Source: Promethearchaeota archaeon
GTDB taxonomy: Archaea; Asgardarchaeota; Hermodarchaeia; Hermodarchaeales; Hermodarchaeaceae
Direction: 5' to 3'
Length of the DNA stretch: 32,000 bases
Assembly (NCBI GenBank): GCA_048938295.1
Contig: JBHLMI010000017.1
Coordinates: 23,625 to 55,624, forward strand
Shown here one piece after another: positions 25,835-32,000 of this stretch (position 1 is the stretch's first letter; each line of letters starts with the position of its first letter). The translations under genes and the position numbers were made by a program. A model generated the notes under the pieces. The model saw only the letters and a list, made by a program, of their open reading frames with translations. It was not told where the DNA came from and searched no databases.

Positions 25835-26956
25835 CTACAACTGAAGTCTGCCTCTTAATAGCCACAAATTCCCGACGTGCGGTGGTTTACCCAACTCACG
25901 CTTGACAGCATCGTAACAGCGTTGAACTTGATCTAACGGAGTAATGGGCAAATCCCGCATAAGATGACGCGGATGAAAAACCAAGAGGCTATACTCAATA
26001 GAAGGCTGGTTAAGGCCTTTTAGAAAACGAGCGATTTTAGTAACCTCAAACTCATCGACATAATAAGGAACTAACAGTGTAGTCGCCATCAGTGGAGGAT
26101 ACTCCCGATCATCAAAAGGAAGGGAATCAGCTAGCATCGTGAAATTATCAAAAGTTGCCCTCTTCGGAATCCCGCACAAAGCCTGATAAATTGCATCCGA
26201 ATAAGCCTTTAAATCGAACTTAATGATACCACCACTCTCTTCAACCAATTGACCCGTTCTTTTCACCAGCCTAGGATTTCCTTGCCCATTCATTTCGAAG
26301 CACTGTCGGAGCACCCGGTTTTCAAATCGCGTCTTACAGGCCTCCATAACACGAATAGCAAACGGCAATTGGGGTTCAGGTGATCCGCCAAAATAGCATA
26401 TACATGATATTTTCGGATTCTGTTCGATTACACTGAGAAAATCATCTAAATGAACACCTATCCCTTGGGTGATTTGCTTATGGGATACATTCTGGCAAAA
26501 CAGGCAGTCGAGGTTGCAACCATAGAAAAACACAGCAAGATTCGAATACCCATATTCTGGCTGCGCCTTCTTCGCCCATTTTGGATAGCCCGCACCAGTT
26601 CCACCAGGACAGAAATACGACCCACAACAATTGGTTATATGCGGATCTAAATAATAATGCATTAACCCCATAGAAGCCGAGACCTTCTGTACTAACTGTC
26701 CATTCTGGTTTTTTCGTAAACCGCAATAGCCAATACCATTAGTTGGAACACGGCACTCGTTTGCACACACCTTGCATTGAATACCCTTTTCATCTTGAGG
26801 AATAGTCTCTGGTAACTCAAATAGGTCTGAACGCCACTTATGCGCATTCTGAACGATTTCTGCAACTCCGTCTAGCTTAGCTCGTAGACACGAAGGGCAG
26901 ATAGGAAGAACTTCGGCTAAACCTGTTTCCTCGTGACAAACAAGGCAACGAGTCAT
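25835..26956 (-). CDS. radical SAM protein (PFL-activating-enzyme / AmmeMemoRadiSam-like) with Cys-rich N-terminus
   Basis: GCNLDCLFCQN cluster motif, GGSPEP and KFDLKA. N-terminal CxxC pairs. Confidence 0.85.
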   Translation of the reverse strand: MTRCLVCHEETGLAEVLPICPSCLRAKLDGVAEIVQNAHKWRSDLFELPETIPQDEKGIQCKVCANECRVPTNGIGYCGLRKNQNGQLVQKVSASMGLMHYYLDPHITNCCGSYFCPGGTGAGYPKWAKKAQPEYGYSNLAVFFYGCNLDCLFCQNVSHKQITQGIGVHLDDFLSVIEQNPKISCICYFGGSPEPQLPFAIRVMEACKTRFENRVLRQCFEMNGQGNPRLVKRTGQLVEESGGIIKFDLKAYSDAIYQALCGIPKRATFDNFTMLADSLPFDDREYPPLMATTLLVPYYVDEFEVTKIARFLKGLNQPSIEYSLLVFHPRHLMRDLPITPLDQVQRCYDAVKRELGKPPHVGNLWLLRGRLQL

Positions 26957-27065
26957 CGTCTACTCAGATAAAGCGCGAACAGGCATAAGAGTTCCGTTGG
27001 TACTGGCAAGCGTTTTTTGAGTACCTTTTTGGCTGATTACGTAGTTGAAATATTGGCGAGTAAAG

Positions 27066-28841
27066 TTGCTATATCGCGAGATTTGTAAATATTACAACCA
27101 GCTTGAAAGTACTACCAAACGGTTAGAAATGACAGACATTCTAGCGAAGCTGCTATCACGTCTAGCGCAAACTACAGATGCCGAAACCATGGGTTGGGTG
27201 GTTTATCTTACCCAAGGTAAACTCTATCCCGACTGGACCGGGAAACCTGAAATTGGAATAGCAGAAAAGATGGCTATCAATGCAATCGCCATCGCCTTAG
27301 GGATTAATACCTCACAGGTCACGGCTAAGGTAAACAGTTACGGTGATATCGGCATAGCCTGTGAACAACTGTTAACCTTGAAACGACAAACCGCGCTTTT
27401 TCAAACCCCTCTCACGATTCAGGAGGTGTATGAATCCCTTGTTAAAATTGCATCAGCACAGGGAAGTGGGAGTGCTGACTTCAAGATTCGCACCCTTGCT
27501 GGTCTAATCAATGCTTCTACGCCCATCGAGGCGCGATATCTGCTTAGAACTGTAACCAGTAGTCTGAGGCTTGGGATCGCGGAGATGACGGTCATTGATG
27601 CATTGGCTGTATCCTTTGCTGGTGGGAAAGAGCATCGGGCTTCAATTGAACGAGGTTACAACATAACCAGCGATTTAGGTTATATTGCGGGAATTGTTGC
27701 TTTTGACGGTCTTGAAAGTGTTGAGAATGTAAGCGTTACTCTTGGGAAACCTATCCGCATGATGGCGGCTCAAAAACTGTCGACCGCAGAGGAAATTGTT
27801 GTGAAGTTAGGGGGAAACTTAGCAAGTGAATGGAAACTCGATGGAGAACGTATGCAGATCCATAAAGATCATGATAATATCACAATTTTCTCTCGTCGTC
27901 TCGAACAGATTACAGAGATGTATCCCGATATTGTACGCTTATCAAAGTTGCAGTTAAACGCTAAAAGATGTATTGTGGAAGGAGAGGCAGTTGCTGTTGA
28001 TAAGGAGGATCCCCAAAAACTACTCCCCTTTCAAGTTCTGATGCGACGACGACGCAAATACAAAATTGATGAGATGGTTCAACAGATACCCGTTGCAATC
28101 TATTTCTTTGACTGTCTCTTCGTAAATGAAAATGACCTTACCCAACAACCATACCCGATTCGTCGAAAACAACTGGAACAGATTGTTAATCGAAGCGAAT
28201 ACTATCGGCTGGTTCCTGCCCAAAAGCATTCAACCGGCTCTGACATTGAAACCATGTTCCGAGAGTCTATCGAGCATGGAGGTGAAGGGCTTATTGTCAA
28301 ATCCACCAGTGCTGAGTCGATATATCGTGCAGGAGCTCGGAGCTGGCTCTGGGTCAAACTCAAAGAATCCTATCAAGCTCAAGCAATTGGCCCAGTTGAC
28401 CTCGTTGTCGTGGGAGCTTTTTGGGGACGGGGACGCCGTGCAAAAACGTATGGTGCTCTCTTAGCCGCCGTCCGTGATGAAGAAAGTGGAGAGTTCAAGA
28501 CTGTATGTAAAGTGGGGACAGGCTTTAGTGATGAAGAACTTGAACAATTACCTGAACGTCTAAAACCCCACCTACTCACACACAAGGATGTTTTGGTTGA
28601 TTCTAAAATGAAGGCCGATCTCTGGTTCAAACCAGCCTTAATTCTTCAAGTGGTCGGGGATGAAATCACACGGAGTCCTATACACACTTGCGCTTTCGAT
28701 CAAATAACACCAAACGAAGGATTAGCCATTCGCTTCCCACGATTTGATGGAAATTGGCGCTATGATAAATCCCCTGAGGAGGCAACCACAACCCGAGAAA
28801 TCATTGACGCGTATGAGGCACAGATTAAAGTTACAAAATAA
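27066..28841 (+). CDS. lig: ATP-dependent DNA ligase
   Basis: EWKLDGERMQIH (KxDG), VEGE, EGLIVK, WVKLK, GRGRR and RFPRF motifs. TTG at 27066 preferred over 27045. Confidence 0.96.
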   Translation: MLYREICKYYNQLESTTKRLEMTDILAKLLSRLAQTTDAETMGWVVYLTQGKLYPDWTGKPEIGIAEKMAINAIAIALGINTSQVTAKVNSYGDIGIACEQLLTLKRQTALFQTPLTIQEVYESLVKIASAQGSGSADFKIRTLAGLINASTPIEARYLLRTVTSSLRLGIAEMTVIDALAVSFAGGKEHRASIERGYNITSDLGYIAGIVAFDGLESVENVSVTLGKPIRMMAAQKLSTAEEIVVKLGGNLASEWKLDGERMQIHKDHDNITIFSRRLEQITEMYPDIVRLSKLQLNAKRCIVEGEAVAVDKEDPQKLLPFQVLMRRRRKYKIDEMVQQIPVAIYFFDCLFVNENDLTQQPYPIRRKQLEQIVNRSEYYRLVPAQKHSTGSDIETMFRESIEHGGEGLIVKSTSAESIYRAGARSWLWVKLKESYQAQAIGPVDLVVVGAFWGRGRRAKTYGALLAAVRDEESGEFKTVCKVGTGFSDEELEQLPERLKPHLLTHKDVLVDSKMKADLWFKPALILQVVGDEITRSPIHTCAFDQITPNEGLAIRFPRFDGNWRYDKSPEEATTTREIIDAYEAQIKVTK

Positions 28842-28846
28842 GCCGA

Positions 28847-29128
28847 TCATGTTTTAAACGCCGTCATTACTGACTCCGGAGTCATATTTTCAATTAACAG
28901 AACTTTGTGTGAAGCCTTTTCTCCAGAAATTATTCGAACACGATTAGCTTGGATGCCTAACTTCTTCGCAATAAATTTAACAACAGCCAAGTTAGCCTGA
29001 CCCCGTGTTGGTGGCGCTTTGACATGAACTTCGCATAACTGGTTTTCAGTGAGTGTGATTCCCTCTTTTTTCGATCGAGGTTTTACATATATTCTAAGTA
29101 AGGTTCCCTTATTATGCAACTCAATCAT
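28847..29128 (-). CDS. DUF167 (YggU/UPF0235) family protein
   Basis: IYVKPRSKK..VKAPPTRGQAN..ISGEKASHK motif. Confidence 0.9.
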   Translation of the reverse strand: MIELHNKGTLLRIYVKPRSKKEGITLTENQLCEVHVKAPPTRGQANLAVVKFIAKKLGIQANRVRIISGEKASHKVLLIENMTPESVMTAFKT

Positions 29129-29216
29129 TGGCTTCCAACAGAACCTTTTAGTACCGATTTCAAAAATGTATCATTACTCGAAATCCAATCTGGCAGTGAG
29201 AGGTGTAGGCACAAAA

Positions 29217-29588
29217 ATGTCTGAAAATATACAAGCATGGGTCAACTACATGCAACAAGTCGACAATACAATCATGGCTGTATCGGTCATCAGAAAGGAC
29301 GGAACTGTTCTATTTACGACTCCAAACTGGACAGTCACAGGCACAGAAATTCTTTCCGCCGTTCAAAATAAACCACCTAGTATTACAATCCAGGGTGTGA
29401 AGTATAGTACAATCCAAGCAACAGATCATCACCTAGTTGCCACAAATGTTCGTGGACAAGGTTCGATTGTAATCGCTGCTGCGCGAGATAAGGGCTATGT
29501 CATAGCTTATGTATCTCCTCAGGGGGATGTCCAAGGCGCCTACGTTGAAATTGCCAAGGCGTCAGCAAACATTGGAGGATTTATGTAA
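29217..29588 (+). CDS. Asgard profilin
   Basis: VIRKDGTVLFTTPNW, SITIQGVKYSTI, VATNVRGQG and YVSPQG match the Asgard profilin pattern. ATG at 29217 with GAGGTG upstream; the ORF-track N-terminal extension overlaps the DUF167 gene. Confidence 0.88.
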   Translation: MSENIQAWVNYMQQVDNTIMAVSVIRKDGTVLFTTPNWTVTGTEILSAVQNKPPSITIQGVKYSTIQATDHHLVATNVRGQGSIVIAAARDKGYVIAYVSPQGDVQGAYVEIAKASANIGGFM

Positions 29589-29655
29589 TCATCTCCTTTT
29601 TCTCACATGTGTATTCGTTAAGTGTGGTCATGAAACTATTCTAGCTCCAAATGGG

Positions 29656-30102
29656 GTGTGTATTTCCATCGATCCATCTTCACGTTCAAAGAAATCCTCT
29701 TCGGACTCGGAAATACGCGAAGAAAAGCAAAACGAGCAGTGGATGCACGATCTCCGACGAAAACGCAACCTCCAAGTGACAGGAAAACCAAAACCGACAC
29801 AAACACGTAACCTCGAAAGATTGAAACAAATCCTTCAATCCGAGGGCTTCGTAATACGCGCTAATCGACTTGTCATCCGGCGGGATGAGGCGACATTCGA
29901 AGTCGACCTAAAAATGGGGCACATATACGCTTTGAACGAAGGTCGACAGCCCATCATTTTGTGTGTAACACTCGAATCAACACCCTGGGCTAATATTGAC
30001 GACCTTTCAGATTTCGATTTGTTCTTGCTTTCGGTTATCTATCTTCTTGCCCGTGAGCCTCTCCCTGAGAGTATCACAGAACAACTTGACAACGAACCTT
30101 AA
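29656..30102 (+). CDS. hypothetical protein (start uncertain: GTG at 29656 or a later ATG)
   Basis: Protein-like C-terminal 120 aa (beta-hairpins, LCV, terminal helix LLSVIYLLA). The track start at 29509 overlaps profilin. Confidence 0.6.
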   Translation: MCISIDPSSRSKKSSSDSEIREEKQNEQWMHDLRRKRNLQVTGKPKPTQTRNLERLKQILQSEGFVIRANRLVIRRDEATFEVDLKMGHIYALNEGRQPIILCVTLESTPWANIDDLSDFDLFLLSVIYLLAREPLPESITEQLDNEP

Positions 30103-30210
30103 CCGTTGTCTCTGTTATATCAGCCTAATCATCAGTGTCTTACTCTGATAATTGCGGAAAAACTTATAGCCATAAGGTATCGATTCGGTACTTTTGTGGA
30201 GGAATACCTT

Positions 30211-31215
30211 ATGACCGTAAAAGTTGCAATCAACGGACTTGGAAGAATTGGACGGAATTTTCTCCGTGGTGCGATGAAAGTCAAAGATTTTCAAATTGTT
30301 GCAGCAAATGACTTAGGAGATACCAATATCCTCGCCCATCTGCTGCGTTATGACTCAATTTATGGGCAATATCCTGGAATCATCAAAGCCGAAAAGGAAG
30401 AAATTCTCATCGACAAGCATCCAATCAAACTATTTCAGGAACGGGACCCTGCTAAGCTTCCTTGGAAACAACTAGATGTTGATATTGCAATCGAAGCTAC
30501 AGGCATTTTTCGAGATCGCGATAAAGCTGCGCTCCATCAAAAAGCAGGCGCACAGAAGGTTATCATTTCGGCACCTGGAAAAGGTGAAGATGCCATGTTT
30601 GTACTTGGCGTCAATGACCACACCTACGATCCCGATAACCATCACATCATCTCGAATGCTTCATGTACCACCAACTGCTTTGCTCCTGTTATCAAAATAC
30701 TCACGGAAACCTATGGCATCAAACGCGGTTTCATGTCCACCATACACGGTTATACACTCGACCAATGTATGCTCGATGCCATCCACACGGATTATCGACG
30801 CGCTCGAGCCGCACCCATTAACATCATACCTACAACCACCGGTGCTGCCAAGGCCATTATTCGGCTCTTCCCAGAGCTCAAAGGTAAAATCGCCGCTATG
30901 GCCTATCGTGTCCCAGTTCCCGACGGATCGATAATTGATTTCAGCGTTGAACTCGAGAAAAACACAACAAAAGAAGGACTCAACCAAACCTTCCGTAAAG
31001 CCGCTCAAACTGACCTTAAGGGCATTTTGCAATATATCGAAGATCCTATCGTATCAACCGATATTATCGGTAACCATCACTCTTCCATTTTTGATAGCCA
31101 ACTCACGGAGATTCTCGATGATAACTACGCTCATGTTGTTTCCTGGTATGACAATGAGGCTGGGTTCAGTACACGCTTGGTTGAACTAACGCAACTGGTC
31201 GCTTCAAAGTTATAA
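30211..31215 (+). CDS. gap: class I (bacterial-type) glyceraldehyde-3-phosphate dehydrogenase
   Basis: VAINGLGRIGR, EATG, SNASCTTNC, RRARAA, PTTTGAA, RVPVPDGS and WYDNE motifs. GGAGGA Shine-Dalgarno before the ATG at 30211. Confidence 0.95.
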   Translation: MTVKVAINGLGRIGRNFLRGAMKVKDFQIVAANDLGDTNILAHLLRYDSIYGQYPGIIKAEKEEILIDKHPIKLFQERDPAKLPWKQLDVDIAIEATGIFRDRDKAALHQKAGAQKVIISAPGKGEDAMFVLGVNDHTYDPDNHHIISNASCTTNCFAPVIKILTETYGIKRGFMSTIHGYTLDQCMLDAIHTDYRRARAAPINIIPTTTGAAKAIIRLFPELKGKIAAMAYRVPVPDGSIIDFSVELEKNTTKEGLNQTFRKAAQTDLKGILQYIEDPIVSTDIIGNHHSSIFDSQLTEILDDNYAHVVSWYDNEAGFSTRLVELTQLVASKL

Positions 31216-31250
31216 AAAAAGAAACCCATGAGGGAGTCTCCCCCCTCATG
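31214..31250 (-). terminator. hairpin plus U-tract intrinsic terminator-like element
   Basis: Minus strand CATGAGGGGG-GAGA-CTCCCTCATG (10 bp with one G.U, GNRA loop), followed by GGTTTCTTTTTTT. Confidence 0.6.
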
Positions 31251-31276
31251 ATATACTTCTTGAGTACTGCTTACTC

Positions 31277-31642
31277 CTAATCTGGTTCCGGAAGAAGCTG
31301 CGTGAGCAGTTGACCACCATATGAAAGACAAATCCTGGTTCCTCGGCTGTTCGACGATCTTATCTCTAACAATCCAGCATTTCTGAGAATGTTCAAATTG
31401 AACTTTGTTGTACTCAATGGAAACTTGAATTTCCGGGCTAAGAAATCTGCAAGGGCTGTAGGAGAAAGATTTGGATGGAAACGTAATGCCCGATGTGCCG
31501 CAAACAATAGAAATCGTTGTTTTTCTGTTAACCGTGTCTTAGCTAGCTGCTTGAGAGTGCTAGCCAATTGTAGAAATAGTCCCTCGAAGTCCCAGGTTGA
31601 ACCAAATTCAAAGTTGTCTTTCATGGAGGATTTCGCAGTCAA
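31277..31642 (-). CDS. winged-helix (ArsR/MarR-like) DNA-binding protein
   Basis: LSPTALADFLARKFKFPLSTTKFNLNILRNAGLLEI..ICLSYGG wHTH pattern. Alternative ATG at 31624. Confidence 0.7.
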   Translation of the reverse strand: MTAKSSMKDNFEFGSTWDFEGLFLQLASTLKQLAKTRLTEKQRFLLFAAHRALRFHPNLSPTALADFLARKFKFPLSTTKFNLNILRNAGLLEIRSSNSRGTRICLSYGGQLLTQLLPEPD

Positions 31643-31833
31643 CCCCGTCTTGATCAGTTGTCATGCATAACACCTCCAAGTTTATTGGGTTTCGAGTGGA
31701 AGATAACAGGCAATTGCCTTGTATTAAGATTTTGGTCAATTTTTTTTACCCAAAGTAACGGCAAACCAGGGCAGGTAACCGCTGCTAATCCTTTTATTCT
31801 CTTTTTTCTCAGGACTTCATAGGTGAAATCCTC

Positions 31834-32000
31834 ATGAAAGATTTCGACTTCGAATATGTATGTGTGCAAGTTAACCATCACAAAAATATCGCAAAGACAA
31901 TTGCTGAATACCAGAAAGAGGGCTGGCGGCTCCATACCTATCAAGCTACAGGTGATCCCAACTTTATTAATCACTACCTTCTCTTCCAACGAGAAATATC
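31834..32000 (+). CDS. small DUF4177-like protein, runs off the window end (absent from the ORF track)
   Basis: AGGTGA Shine-Dalgarno at 31821-31826, then ATG. Translation MKDFDFEYVCVQV..IAEYQKEGWRLHTY..HYLLFQRE follows the 'EY..V..GW.L..F.R' pattern. Confidence 0.65.
   Translation, partial: MKDFDFEYVCVQVNHHKNIAKTIAEYQKEGWRLHTYQATGDPNFINHYLLFQREI

Noticed and set aside
31654-31989. 111-aa minus-strand ORF in the track
   Set aside because: Antisense to the better-supported plus-strand ORF at 31834, which has a Shine-Dalgarno and a recognisable pattern.
1-32000. CRISPR array, rRNA genes, group I intron (IStron) in the IS element, Sec/Pyl recoding
   Set aside because: No regularly spaced repeats or rRNA-like sequence seen. 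The left end leaves only about 50 bp before tnpB, too short for a group I intron. No gene is truncated at an in-frame TGA or TAG with a homologous continuation.

Overview
A gene-dense chromosomal segment from an Asgard archaeon. The assignment rests on archaeal core genes (thermosome, Rpo6, proteasome beta, Taw1, Nog1, RtcA, RibK/RibL, archaeal DNA ligase) plus two eukaryotic signature proteins, a profilin and a ribophorin I/OST1 homologue. Most of the window is housekeeping: proteostasis, an N-glycosylation/amino-sugar cluster, DNA/RNA repair and processing, and cofactor synthesis. Three tRNA genes with encoded CCA carry four introns in total, two at non-canonical positions: the D-loop of tRNA-Gln(UUG) and the T-loop (59/60) of tRNA-Lys(CUU). 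A 1.3-kb non-autonomous IS607-like element with a twice-frameshifted tnpB sits immediately upstream of the thermosome gene, so its predicted omegaRNA guide is the thermosome BRE-TATA. The best novelty candidate is a membrane-anchored tandem winged-helix protein (1973-2578) that aligns by eye with the ER UFMylation adaptor DDRGK1/UFBP1. It lies behind a proteasome assembly chaperone gene and about 1 kb from the ribophorin I gene. All family assignments come from motif recognition by eye; no database searches were run.
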